A stretch of DNA of 64,000 bases from Lytechinus pictus (GCF_037042905.1 NC_087245.1:13022001-13086000); one strand, 5' to 3'. Numbered from the stretch's first letter, positions 11,481 to 25,910 are shown. Notes: generated from the letters alone by a model not told the origin. Numbers and translations are program-made.

Positions 11481-14070
11481 TGTCATCAACGGAAACCAAA
11501 TATCCAACGAATTCTTGGCATTCACCTTGCTTGTTGCGATCTACTGCCGAAAAATAAGGACATCGCTGTTGAAAAGTTCAGGATGACTGCCTTTTTACGA
11601 GTCATCAAAGACTTTGGATACATATGGGACATGCCTCTAATATAACGTCGAGTTTTGTTTTCGGACAGTTTTCTAAAACGGATGTTTGTTGAAATTTGGA
11701 AGTTCATTTTCCCGCCCTTTTCATATTTGCAAAAGATACTCAGGTGCATATAATTATCACGGTGCTATGAAGAAATACACGAATCTTAAATAAGTTTCCC
11801 CTTAACTGTTATGAGTTGAGGGGTGACGATTTAATGATATAAAGTCCTTTTAAGCAACTCGTAATAAAAATATCTAAATCAACATTTTTGTGCTGATTTT
11901 CCAAGTAACATCTGTTAATTTACCTTTAATTATCATTATTATTTATTTATTTTGGGGGCAGTCATGCTCCAAATAGTTATAAGCTAATACAATTATGTTC
12001 CAATAGCCATATTCCGATTATGTCGTGATAATAAAATCATGTTGATATCGGGCCCTCTTCCTCGCTATCTTTGCTCTCGTGTAAAATAAAAAGGGGAACA
12101 CAGAGATGGGAGTCGGACCCACTTTCGACGTTTTTATGCCTAAAACATACATTGAATAGGTTTTTTTTTTTCAGGTGCCCACGTCTACTGTTTCTCCTTT
12201 GTTTTACACGCTCTCAACATACTGGAAACAAACTGATTCATGAAGGACATGTCAGCCAATTCCCCCTGGCAATTCCCCCCACCGAAAAGTTTTCATTGTG
12301 CCTACAATATGCCCGAATTTGCATATTTGGATGTAAGCGTTTACAACTTTAAAAAGTTGGCTGATAAAGGGTTATATTTTCATTGCTTTCTGGGATATTT
12401 GTTGACCTACTCTCTCTCCCGACCTCTTCTCTGAAACTGTGCCAAATATGATTAGATATTACGCGGAAGTAAAGTGCAGTGATACAACGAAATTTGAAAA
12501 TTCCGTGAATAATGAAGATGTCAATAATAATGATATATAGTGATTAGATGATTGATGATGCATTTTTTGTCTATAAGTATTGAACGCACGAGAGCATGTG
12601 AGTTGTGATCGTCAGAAGTGACGGTTAATATCAATTGAGCTTACCAATCTGAGATTGTTAATAATCAAGTAGAAATGCTTTATAACCTCCTCCTCCATCT
12701 CTCCTCCTATTCTTCCCACTTTTCTTGTTTCTTGTATGCCTTTAAATGCGTTATGAAACAACTTTTTATGGTAAGAAGTTTTGAACACAGTGCACTTTTA
12801 CGATAAATTGTAAGTATAAGCTTAGCCAGCGGCCAGAAAAAAAAAGATAATAAATTAATTAAACTAATGATTTTGTCATGGATCTGACTTGTCAACAACT
12901 TGCTTGATGTTTAAAGAAATTCAATTCAAGTTATGATGAAGTAAATTACATTTTTTATCTTTTATCAAATATATATATCTTTTTTTTTTCGGGGGGGGGG
13001 GGATGCTCAATCCCATTAAATCCTAGCTAGTGTATTTATATTATCTATATACCACCTAGACTTTACTTCGGCTTAATCCTTAAATACAAGATGACTGACA
13101 ATTTGTCATCATCCACATTCCAGTAAAATCCTTCGTCTTAGGCCAATCTATGAAATAGCTTGTGTCACTTTTGGCATAAGCATACACCAACGGTTGCTGG
13201 CTATCGTCATGCGCATGCGTGCTCGCATGTACATGGTGACAAACTCGCGACGAATCTGCGACAAACTGTCCTCCACAGGTTCAATATTTTGGCGCCAGCA
13301 GAAAATAATATAAGGTCATGATCATAATGACTGTAAATAAACCAAAAATGATGAATAATAATCCCTTCACCTGTCATTAGCCTAGTAGGATTTGGATAGA
13401 AAAGTATGTTATTGTGTAGGCCTACATAAAAACCTATAGTAAACACACTCGGCGCAAAAACACTTTCATAAACGTACTAGTTAGTATTCATCACTAGACA
13501 TCGATTCATGCTAAGCTTCGCATAATCATATTTGGATTCTCCATATGTTCAAGCTATCAATTTTTGAAAATTCTTTTGAGAAAAAAATCACAAACGAAAA
13601 AAAAAACTCCGGGGAAATCAAATCAACAGTCAGGTCTAAAGTATGCATTCCTTTCACTTATGCGCAAAAAATATAGGATCTAATAGTACAGTAATTTCTT
13701 TTGAAAAAAGATTGTTACTCGTATTCACTTTCTAAAGTGACATGTCTGGCATGATAAGCATTAAACAACAATGTTCTTAAGATAATGTATTTATATGTAT
13801 ATTGGGACATCCATTGCAATGTCTTATGCGCTATAAAAGAAATTAATATTATGCTTAGTGAATATCGGGGAATCAATATCGGAGAGAAGCAGTTTACTTG
13901 TTTGTGAAAGGGATGGCTGATAGTTTGGTAGCCGAGTCGAATATATTTATTTGTTTACTCCTCTTTACCACCTCTTGAAACCACCGTTGGTCCAACCATT
14001 AATACATCCAGCTCACCACCATATCCGATCCAAACCGAACCCTTGCACATTCACCGATTCCAGTGACCTG

Positions 14071-14836
14071 GTGGGTGTTTCATAAAGCTGTTAGTAAGTT
14101 AAGAGCGACTTTGAGAACGACTGGTGAACCTTTCTTTCGCGCTAAATAATTAAAGGTCAAGTCCACCCCAACAAAATGTTGATTTGAATCAATAGAGAAA
14201 AATCAGGCAAGCACAATGCTGAAAATTTCATCAAAATCGGATGTAAAATAAGAAAGTTATGACATTTCAAAGTTTCGCTTATTTTTAACAAAATAGTTAT
14301 ATGAACGAGCCAGTTACATCCAAATTAGAGAGTCGATGATGTCACTCACTCACTATTTCTTTTGTTTTTTATTGTTTGATTTATACAATATTTCAATTTT
14401 TACGAATTTGACGATTAGGACCTCCTTGCCTGAACCACAAAATGTTAAAATAATGGAATTCCACGTATTCAGGGAGGAATGAAACTTCATTTCACATGAC
14501 AATGACGAGAAAATCAAAATATTTCATAATTCATATAATAAAATACAAAAGAAATAGTGAGTGAGTGATGTCATCAGTTCCCTCATTTGCATACCGACCG
14601 GGATGTGCATATAACTCTTTTGTCAAATGAAGCGAAACTTTAAAATGTCATAACTTTCTTATTTTACATCCGATTTTGATGAAATTTTCAGTGTTATGCT
14701 TGTTGAATTTTTCTCTTTTTATTCGAATCAAGTTTTTGTTGGGGTGGACTTGTCCTTTAATGATGAATATCATTCACCACAAGAAAGGATCAGCAAAGTC
14801 GCTCTTAACTTAAGAATATCTTTATGAAACACCCAC
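14071..14836. mobile_element. Harbinger-like MITE (same family as 2881 and 33700) split by a nested Kolobok-type MITE
   Basis: Left part 14071-14149 and right part 14761-14836 align to the uninterrupted copy at 33700-33871. Confidence 0.75.
14154..14756. mobile_element. Kolobok/T2-type MITE, ~600 bp, long imperfect TIRs
   Basis: TTAA TSD (14150-14153, 14757-14760) and ends AGGTCAAGTCCACCCC...GGGGTGGACTTGTCCT. Arms pair over more than 200 bp. TTAA target with AGG termini is typical of Kolobok/T2 MITEs. Confidence 0.88.
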
Positions 14837-17088
14837 ATGATCGATTCAAAGTTGTGATTGTTTCGCATCAATCTTAACGTTTAGGTTTGTTTTAACTTGT
14901 GTACGGTTGTCTCGTCTTGCGACGAATTGAGATTGAATCCATTACTATTTTATTAGACGGAATCCAGGGTTCATTTCACAAAATATGCTATTATCGGAAC
15001 TTTGCCATCCAGTGTTAACTTCTCTGAAATCCTTGATTTTGATTGGCTGTTTATAGACAACCATTGTAGATATTAATCAGTGGTAAATTTTATATGATAG
15101 TAACTTTTGAGATTCGTTTTCGGATACCTATTAATTTGTTGATATCGAAATCCACCGAAAAATGTATTTTGAAGTTTTAAAACAATCGTTTTCTGGGAAG
15201 TCCAATCTACGAAGGGATTGAGTCGTGGACATTCATCAAGTGTTCTCAATATAATTTCCTCCTTTCTTTGTTTTGTAGGATTTGTTGAAAATTTAGACAA
15301 ATTCTAATAATGATCAGTCAAGATCAATATTAGGGCCTATAATTCTTTTCAGGTAGTATCGTCCTTCTGATTTCAGGATGAGACTTGTGACAATTAAAAC
15401 AAATCGTATTCCTCACCTTAGACTAGCATTATGATTGGTTGGTATTTTGATCCCTCTCTCCCATTCAAATGATGCTTCGAAGAAAAATAAATGACTAAGC
15501 ATCGTCATAAGATAAAAAAAACAACATTGAACAAATAGACTATTGTTCATTATGACGAAAATGAAAGTCATAGTCAGGACATGCTGAAGATACAATGATC
15601 GTCGGTTTATGCCAAAGAGCATCGTCTTTCTATCACTGAATAAAGTCATTTGAGATAAGGCCCGATTACGATGATGAGATAATCTGGGCTTTGTTTTGCC
15701 AATATAGATATTTTGACCGAATTGGTGCAGTTTTAACATGTAAGATCCTAGCACTAAGATGTTTGAAAATTGCCATCCTTAATTCAATATTTTTATAGCG
15801 TATAATTAACACAAAATATTTATACCTAGGCCTGTTTAAGATTTGCTTGTAATGTTCGAACGCGTAACTTTATCACTCTTTCTAATTTTTCTTGTTTAAT
15901 GATTTGACGATATTGTATATTGATGCTTTATTTAAAAAAACACACTCCTTGGTCATGACGGTAACACTCTAGGTCTAGGACCCGTTCCCGAAAGATGTAA
16001 AAGGGTTGTTATCAAACGCAAATATAATGGAGAAAATGGAAAGTTGATATTCAACCAATGAGAAGGGTGCATTTTTCGCATTTTACCTGCGTTCGAATTT
16101 GTTTTTGTTGGGATTAAACGCAACTTTTTTAATTATTTTTTTTCTTACGACGGCCCATGATGTATGTGGAGGCTATTTCGTGTATGAAAGTTGTGTAAAC
16201 GGGTGGCACCATTGACATTATTATGATTTTTTTAAAGTACAAAACGGTTTTCTGGATTTCATTTAATGTCACTGGTTGACCCTCACACGAAGGTTCTATT
16301 CCCCCATCTTCTTCGTGGTTTGATGATATTGCTCTCCTCCAAGAAATCATGAAGCTTGTCTCGGGTGGTCTTAAATTTCTGATGGATGTTAAAGACAGAT
16401 TATTACCGTTATAAAATCGTTTTATGATAAATATCCCCTATTTAAGACTGTCTGTCTGTAATACCATCGTTATGAGTCTGGGCAGCTAGTCTTTGTTCGT
16501 TATTGTAGCTATTTGGTGTACTGATGATAGATTTCTAATTTCACACAGGAAGTAAACTTCTCTTCTAGTAAGGGGGGGGGGGGGTTGATAAATTTGCTTT
16601 CTTCTAGTAAGGGGGGGGGTGATACATTTGCTTTCAGTAGCTCCCAACCTCACACCAATTGAACATTATTATTGAGGACATCATGAACTTCACTCAATAT
16701 TTAAGAAAAATGAAAATGAATACATCATCATGATCATCGGTGTGATTGTAATTGTTTAATAAGAATGTTCTGCATTTCAAATTTTATTTTTAGGGGGGGG
16801 GGTGTTGCTATGATGAGATTGGCTTTGGGAGTGCACCTATCTTTGAATTTGTATTTCAGGGACTTTACAAATGTGAATTAATCAGACATCATTTACAATT
16901 TGGACCAATTTTAATGTCACAATCCGAAAGAAATGAACGAGGAATCTGACAGGCTGTACCGTTAAAGGTGTATCCAAATAACTTGAGAAAAATGAGGACA
17001 GACTTTCCTGAAGTTGAAATTTTCTGGTCAAGCCCCGCAAAATGTATGCCCTTTTGATTTTTTTTAAACCTAGTAATGTCTTTAAAAT

Positions 17089-17805
17089 ACTACTCCTCCT
17101 CCTACCCCTCCTTCTCCTCCCACTCCTCCTCCCCCTTTTCCTCCTACCCCCTCATCCTTCTCCTCCTCCTCCTCATGTAGGCCCAAATTAACTACAAAAG
17201 AAAAGCACCATCAATAAAATCTTCGTCGTCTTTGCCATGATTGCCACCATCGCCTTCGTCACCGTCGTCAATAGCATAATCATTATTATCACCATCATCG
17301 TCGTCGTCATCATCATCATCGTCGTCGTCATTATCATCGACATCCCCACATCCACTACCGCCCTTACTCTCATCATCATCCTTTACATCATGACCAACAT
17401 CATCGTCACCAGCCCCACCACTACCACCATCACCATCATCATCTTCTTATTCATCATCACCTAAACCCATCCTCATCGTCATCATGGACATTGATAGCGT
17501 CGTTGTTATCATCGTTCAGCACCCCACGCTACGATGATGACTTTCCTAATTATACATGCTTCTTTTTTTCCTGTATGAATTTGTTTAAACTAAATTCCTA
17601 CGACAAATTCATTAGAGGTTTATGAGGCAAATATTTAGTGTCACGATGGCCCCCATGGTCTTTGTCATCGTAGTCATAATCACCATCATTATCATCATCA
17701 TTATCATAATTCTCATCATCATCGTCAACATCATCACTATCATCATAATTATTATCTTTATAATCATCTCCACGATCACAATCATCATCATAATCGTTCA
17801 TCACT
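17089..17805. repeat. Compound trinucleotide low-complexity region: (CCT)n, then two (CAT/CGT/CAC)n blocks
   Basis: Directly visible. It produces the spurious Ile-, Met- and Asp-rich ORFs at 17188-17834. Confidence 0.85.
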
Positions 17806-18559
17806 GCATACTGCGACGACGGCAACATCAATGATTTCTAAATATTTGATATAGGGCTTACTTGCTTGTCCTTTAAAAAATTATTCAAACTTCTGAAATT
17901 CCCTTGACAAATTTTATTGGGGGTTTGGGAGGCAAATATTTAGTGTCATATTAGTTCGTTTATGGACATCTCGTAATGGGTGACGAAATCTCAAGGAAAA
18001 ATGAAGTTTTTTTCAATAGAGAGAATTTAAAAGGGTAAATAATCTCCAAGCTTTTACATTTCATTTTTAGATGTTATTACAAAGTAGAACAATTTAAGAG
18101 TCATTGAGCAATTAAGACATTTATGACAAGAAAAACATTCCCCATAACATGATTACCGAGAGTGGGTCAAATTCCGCGAAGGGCTGGCTTTTTATTAAAC
18201 TTTATAGACTGTTTATATGGTAAACATGTGTAGGCCAATCACTTCGAATCATGCTGTAATATTTCTGTGCTTACTCATCTTTCAACTTGCAAGTCTTTAC
18301 CCATCCCTCTACTTCTTTTAAAATTCTAGGATACGAATCCATAGTGATGATAGTTTACATGGACTAAATTCATAATATTAATTCAAACAATAAATTCCAG
18401 GAAGAATTTTGTTTTGATATATCAGTTTTGTCAAGTTAATACGAGGAACGTTTTGCATATAAACCTATATGAGACTAGAAAATTAATTTACTAACAACGA
18501 AAGTGTTGTCGAATCCGATCGAACTTGAAATAAGCAAATCCAAGTTTCACGGGATATGA

Positions 18560-19083
18560 ATATTCATGACGAGTCCACCTGTCATTCATTTCGTCGTTGT
18601 TGGTTTCTCCGCCCACTTTAGAACATTTCACCAATACAGGTCACTCCAGCTGTCGACTGCGAATGACGTCACTTCTTTGCCGAGATGTGTGTACCCCCAT
18701 GCGTGGACTTGTCTCATGCCCAGCCGTCGGTCTGGCTGCGGTGAATCGAACCTTCCTCGCGCAAGTACAGCTGGAGCAGACGACATCATCGCATTGCAAA
18801 ATTTAAAAGTTTGAGCGCCTTCTCATCCGCGCCGCCATGATTTAAATCTTCCCCTCCGACCAATTCGTCATTAAGTTGGATTCTTATGTTCTTCCTCCTA
18901 TAAATCATTGAACGGATTTATACTTATTCATGGTATATAATCCAGCTAGAGTTTGCCTACCTACCGGAGTTTTGAAAGTGTTCCAAGTCGATTTGCTTTC
19001 TCATTTTGTCCGTGATCTGCTGTTTGGATTTTTACGTTTTGCCTTTTTATCGGGCTGAGAATGCCCGTCGTCCGGGGGCTACC
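18560..19083 (+). promoter_or_regulatory. Putative Wnt9 proximal promoter and 5' UTR
   Basis: Locally GC/CpG-enriched stretch directly 5' of the ATG. CRE palindrome TGACGTCA at 18664-18671, CCAAT at 18860-18864, TATAAA at 18899-18904. The TSS cannot be determined from sequence. Confidence 0.4.
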
Positions 19084-19193
19084 ATGCAACGGAGTTACCA
19101 CGGGGTGCTCGCTGTTTCAGCTATCTGGAGCATACTGCACACGATTACCTGGCTGCTGATAATGAATGCGCCCTTGTGTAGTGGATATTTTGG
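19084..19193 (+). CDS. WNT9: Wnt9 exon 1 (signal peptide)
   Basis: accATG start. Translates MQRSYHGVLAVSAIWSILHTITWLLIMNAPLCSGYF(G), a hydrophobic leader ending in YFG like vertebrate Wnt9 exon 1. GTAAGT donor at 19194, phase 2, which matches the start of exon 2. Confidence 0.8.
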
Positions 19194-21434
19194 GTAAGTA
19201 CTGATAAAAATGTAAAATATTTATTGAAATTCGGCTATATTATTTCATAATAAAACTGAATTCATTCTGTAAAATGTAGTGAAACTGCATTACTGGTTAG
19301 ATATCCCTATAAGAATGATGTACTTCATAAATACTTTGTTATAGAAATGTAGACGAATTGCACATATTTTCATTTTTCATTTATTCTATTACGATAAATG
19401 TTTTCAAAATAGCTAACCATATGAATTTCTGCATTTATTGTAATTATCAGAAATATGTATTTACATCTCAGAGGGTAATAAGGCGAAAATGAGGTATGTT
19501 GTATACAATTTTTTTTTGACATCTTTTAAATTCAACCCTTAAACATTGAAATCTTCATTTACATAACATGATCAATAAGACTGCTACTGGACAACATGAG
19601 AAGATAATATTTTGAGTTTCAACAACGTATAATTCTTTATGATCATTCATAGTTATTCATGGTCGTCGTTGTCGCCATGTAAAAAAAGGATTCTGAATGG
19701 AATAACATCATAAAACGACCTTAACCCAGTATGACGTGGGGAAGCTGCTCAACAATCCTTCCCAAGCCAATTTCTACCAATCCCCTGTCTTCCATCTCTT
19801 ATGTTATGCGATTTCTCTTATGTGTATCTGAATACTTTGTTCCCCAAAAGTGGTGATACAGTGCATGGTAAATGAGATAATACTCCAATTCTTACTCAAC
19901 CAATGTTTGAAAATAATAGATACATGATTGACTCCTTGAATCTTAAACTTAAAGAAGTGAAGGGGTCAGCTAAGAGGAGAGAGAGGGGGGGGGGTGAGGA
20001 ATATCATGGCCATACGGGATCGCATCATCTCTTCAACAAAATAGTCGCTTATTATAGTTGCAAAAACCTCCGTACAACATGTATGCCGCCATGCGTAAAA
20101 GTAGTCCAGTTGCGTATTCTTTTCAGCTCTTCATTTTGCTTGTAGATTTCCCCTGTTATATGTCTGGGTTATTTTTGGTATACACATCGAGAATGTAATG
20201 TTTATTTCACTACACACTCCGTTACATCATACGCTACAGCACATCTTCCACAGTCATAACGATATCAGAGACATAATGATGACCCATCTGCACGAAGAGG
20301 AAAATGACAAATTCCTTGCTGGTATCACCACGATCACCGGCAGTTGATAAGAAGAAAAAAGAAATCTTCACGGATGATACAGGAATTTCCGCTAATGCTC
20401 TTTTTAATAGCCACCCCCATCGACGATAATTGTCTCAGCTTACAAATGACACGACATTTTTGGATGTTGAACTTCAAGCATCAGGCGAGGTTTTATTATT
20501 GGTTGAAACAATAGCGATGTGTAAATCTTTTCTGTCAGATCTCGGGCTGACACAATAAACCGACGTCAAGATAGGCAACCCTCACTGTTGTCTCGTACGA
20601 AGTCAGTAAAATGATTCATACAATGGCAACCAAAGATGTTAAGTTTAAGTTCAAGTGGTTTTATCGCGCCACTATAATTTTGAGAGATGATGCATTGTAT
20701 CTTAACGCACTTTTTTTTATGAAGAAGTTTCCGTCAAGGGGCAAATAGAAAAAATAAATTCGAGATTTGTCGTTCGATCTATCAAGAGACGATTTAATAT
20801 GTGATCGTGTCCTCACATCAAGAGTTTGAGATTTTTAGGATAAAATTCTTTAAGCCAACATTTTATTGACTGGGAATTCAAGTGATGACATCATAATATG
20901 GCGTAGGTACATAATTTCATGATAAGGTTATAGTAGTTTAAAGAAAATACTTATTGAGTACACTATCATTGCATTTTTCTTATTGTGGAAGGGGAGGGGG
21001 GGGGGGGTAGGTAAGCATTGTCAATGCTGAAAGCTGACGAGATGTGCCACCGTTAACTATTTACGTTTGGAACATAAGGGGAACATTTCTCCCCCTCCCC
21101 CACTCTGAACAAGTAATTTCGTTAACAAACTTGAACTCGTCATACATGAGTTAGTGACGATGATGTTATATTTAGAATTGATGACGTCATAGAGTCCCAA
21201 AGGCCTATATGTATACGAGCACTGCGGTACCATATATCTCATGAAACTGTTACTTGGTGTTACCAGGGATATCATAATCACCTTCCAAGAAGATATTGAA
21301 TTTCAAATTTGGCCAAGAACTAATTTATCACTTAAAGATCACGTCGACTTCAGTAACTATGTACCTGATCAATAGATAAAGATTTGTTGCTACGTCAGGG
21401 AATGTTTAAAATAAATTTGATTGAACGAAACCAA

Positions 21435-21642
21435 CACTCTAAAACACAGTAAAAATTTACCTAATATTGGGTAGAAAGGAAACATGCATGTTTGCTGGGT
21501 ATTTTTTTTTACCCCAAATTGGACTATTTCAACGCAACATTGCGTAAAATTTACTAAATATTTGGTATCTTTTTACCCAACCAACATGACTTGTATGTTC
21601 CCATTTTACTCAATATTGGGTAAAACCCTTTTTCTTATAGTG
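21435..21642 (+). mobile_element. EnSpm/CACTA-like MITE, copy 1
   Basis: CACTCTAAAA...TATAGTG ends. Homologous, in inverted orientation, to the copies at 26375 and 51067. Confidence 0.7.
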
Positions 21643-22255
21643 GATGAAACAAAAGTAATTTCCTTTAAATGAAATCCATTTTGTTAGTATGAATCCTTCC
21701 ATGTTACCGCTGAGAAATTGTGATAAAATACTTGTATTTGCAAAGCCCTTAACGTGCCTTTGGTGTTGTATGAGAGATTTATGGTTTGGTATGATACGTT
21801 TTGTGATTCGGCAAGTTGACCTTCACCTGCTCCAAGCAAATCACTTGACACTGCCGACAATCGCACCCAAATTGATAAAAACGTAACGAAACATTCGTCC
21901 CAGTGAAGAAAGACATACAGAGAAATATAAATGATGAGTCGTCTGATTTTTGTGGCTTTTGCTACATTTTTTTTATTCATCCATCCGAAAATGATGGTTA
22001 TGCTGCATTTGGAATTAAAGCACCTGGGGACACCTGTACTAAACAGGAGTGTCATCCGACAAGTTAAAATGGAGGGCAAAGTAAAAAATTATTGATAAAG
22101 CATTGTTCGTTTTCTTGCTTTGTAATAAATCTATTAATTCATTCATATACTAGATCGTATGTTGTCTTTACTCAATACACTAATTCATTTTTAAATCACA
22201 TTTTCTGTTATTTCATGTTATGCTAGTTATTGATTTATCTATTCATGTTATTATA

Positions 22256-22441
22256 TATTCATTATCATCAATATTGTCATCGTCGTTATTATTATTATTA
22301 TTATCATTATTATCATCATCATCATCTTTAGAATGCCTGTTATTTCATTTTATTTTTTATTTCATTTATTTATTCAATTTAGTTTTTATTATCATTATTA
22401 TCATTATTATTATCATTATTGTTATTATTATCTTTATTATT
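22256..22441. repeat. (ATT/ATC)n microsatellite region
   Basis: Directly visible; source of the spurious ORF 22220..22471. Confidence 0.85.
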
Positions 22442-25400
22442 AAGGAAATAAAGTATCTTCCATTTTACTAATTGATATTAAGAAGTCAGCCAAGATGTTG
22501 ACACAAGTCAACAGCAACCCGAAATAATTAAGGTTCATATATAGAATTATATTCATTCAAACATAAATGTGCAAATATCCTTTCGACAACAATCATATCA
22601 GTTTAGCTTGAACACCAACAAGCAGCATTACTCTGATGTCATTTCACATTTCTAACATATCAATGTTTAAAAACGCATCACTTATAATTTCAAATTGAAT
22701 TCGGATAAAGGCCAACAATATAATATTTACAATAGAATATGAAGCTTTCTGTTGGAGTAAACATGGTAAAAGAAGATTATCAAGGTCCCCAAACTGCATG
22801 TGTAACATGGTAAAATTTGACATCAACAAGAAAGTTGCCATCATTGACAACTTACATTGAAATCAAGTTGATTGGCTGTATGTTATGTTACCATACTTGC
22901 TACCACTAATGTTAAACTTATAACGGTAACTTTTTTTAATTGAAGATAAGCCCCACCCTATCCATATATGTATTCTCTATACGTAATCATTTTGTAAAAT
23001 GTCGACTCCTGACATGCCAGGAGTGCCCCCCCCCCCTGGAAAGTGGTCATGTTTGGCAAATAGATGTTGAAAAATATGCCCTTCATTTCAATATAATAAG
23101 AAACGATTTTTCATGTTCCTTTTAATCTGTATCTGATTTTTTAAAGTTATATAATTCTAAAGAGAGGTATGTTTTCTTGTAGCATTTTCACGTTATTGAT
23201 GCGATCATTGGCTTTATGGATGCTGACATGTCGGAAATTTTTAATCCAACCCCCGTGTTACATGCATTCGATGTCAACGATATCAGAAACTCAGTGACTG
23301 CCTCAGTCCCACACGTTGAGACAGGTGCAGTGTTCTAGTATTTTGTCAAGTTTAACCCTTTGATACCCGTAGAAATAGACCAGGAATCCAGGACGTCCCC
23401 GGTGTATGTTTCCTAAGAATTTTGGCATCCGATGGAATAGCTGACACTGTGACAAGACAAGCCCACACGAAGAGAACGCATGAGATGAATCGAAGCTAAC
23501 AAATTGACGTCCATTGCAATACCAACATGTAATCTGTTCATGTCATTTACAGTCTCTCGAACAACCAACACAGGAAAATTAAAGAGAACCCACGAAAACA
23601 AACCAGGAAATAATTTCGATATACATCGAATTTACGATCTGTTGTGATCTTTGAATGGAAATGTATGTATTAGTTTGAAATGCCATCAAAATTGAATTGA
23701 TTTTTCTGATTGTTCCTCACATCAGTAGTCATCTGTTCGAAAGTGCCAATATCGATATAATTCATATAAAATATAATTCTTTGTAGGACTTCGTCAGATA
23801 TGATGATTAACATAGTCATGGAAGAATGCATTCTAAATTTATTTGGTAGATTTTGAATAAAAGTTTACAAAGATATGTCATAAGAATACGAATGGTTAAA
23901 CTCGTGTGTTTTCTGAGATGGCATGTTGATATGAGATCTTGGACATTCATTTTTAGGGATCGAAAGTTTCTACTATCGAAGCGTAAGGTTGTTGCTCTTT
24001 TGCACTTAGAAGTCTATTGGCTGATGTAGGAATGCGGAAAGAACTGGCGTGGTCTCTTGCGTGATTGATGCGCCAATTTTTGTTTTTGGACTGCATGCGT
24101 CAACGGGGATTCGGTCTTTGACGTGGTAAATTATGTCTACGCCAAGGCCTACACAGTATGTCGATAATTGGGTGTCATTTACCTTAATCATGGACTGGTG
24201 GCAGGTCCAACTCTAACATGTCTGGGGAAATTTTTGCCCAGCTACGTACGGAAGATTCAAGAGCAGATAAATGTATTGTCTAATGCCCGTCATGACAAAG
24301 AACAACGAAGGGGTCTTGGTCGGAAATTGATGAATCGAAACAGGAGCTTGGTCCTTGATTCTGGACAAACGATACATTTACAATTATTCGTCAGCTCTGA
24401 AAATGCTGTTCCGCTGCACCAATATTTGACAAAGACCTTTTCTTTTTCATTTGATGGGCATTTTCAATAATACTTTTATTCTCCTCCGTACGTTGCTGAA
24501 CGAAAACTCTCTAAATACTGCACTATCCAACAGTTGCACATTGGAAATTGACTTTGCACTGCGTCAGCGACTAGTGCGCCTTTCCAGGCATCGTGTCCGT
24601 TGGTTGCAATGCGTCAGTATTTTTTTTTTACTGTATTAAAGTCTTTGACAAGGTATGTAATATTTTTGGCACACGATATTTCGATTTGTTGCCTCTTGGC
24701 TGCGATAACGATTGTCTGTTGGGACACTCGCTGTTGATGTGTCGGCATGTGCATGTGGTCTCTTACGTTGAATGTTTGTCAAAAACAAGTTGATAATTTT
24801 TGTTGATATTGATCACATTTTTTTGCCCGTGCCGTGACATAATTATACATACATAATTATTTGTGCATTTAAACATCGAATTGACATGGTTAGATCACCT
24901 TCATACGTTTGGTAACCACATTATAAATACGCCATAATAGAAAGGTTCAGCTTCACCATATCAACTGGCAACTCTTTGCAATGCCGCCCTTTTAAGCGTG
25001 ACCGCGCGGTATAACATGCTGGATGTTTTACATTAAAATCCGTGCAATTATGTCCACAATGCGGGCCCTTATTCAATCCATTAGTATCATACCTCCACGT
25101 CACTATACCGGGTGGCAGTAATATCTCTCGCAGACTCAAACAATTCAGAAGAAACGTCTCTTCAATTTCCAGAACTAATCATAAACAACTAATTCCTTCT
25201 CAAAATCAGAGACCCCCTCCATATCATCATATCAAATTAACATGATTGTGCCATCGTTCATTTGAGATACATACATTTACTTTTGTTCGATGCACTTCAT
25301 ACATTAATACTTGTGTTTTATTGATTTCGACAGTCATGCACTGGGGTATACCTGTTATTCCAATTTAATGATTATTCCATGTTTCTGAATGTACATTGTA

Positions 25401-25910
25401 CACCCATTAATGGCATCACAAATTTACCGTATTTACATGAAAATATAATAAAACGGAATTCCATCTTTGTCTTTATCTGACAATGCTCACGTTTGTTGTT
25501 ATTATTAGTTTAATTATACCTTCCTATTGACATCTCCGATTTGATTCTGGTCATTAGATTTTGAAGCTAATTGGCATGATGGGGTTGGTGCGAAAACAGT
25601 TGTGTAATAGACCAACACGGACATGACAGAACATTATTGGACACTTGAAGGTGTCTCTCTCAAAATCCATTCCTTTTCACGTTTTATCAATTCGTTGTTA
25701 AGGCTTATATTCAAGCATTTATGAAAAGTGCACTCTGGACTCTCCGGAAAACCATAATCGTGTAAATGTCATTGTTCTCAACTGCCATAGCAACGATCAT
25801 TTTAAGGAAAGGCCATAAAGCTCAAGAAACAGAACTAAAGCGAGAAGACAGTATCGTATACTATCTGATTTTCTGCTCTCCTGCATGTAAAGAATACTTA
25901 AATCGCTTGA

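Noticed and set aside
17188..17834. Ile/Val/Met/Asp-rich ORFs resembling membrane or acidic proteins
   Set aside because: These are translations of trinucleotide microsatellites. The same holds for 8187..8438, 22220..22471 and 47736..47930.
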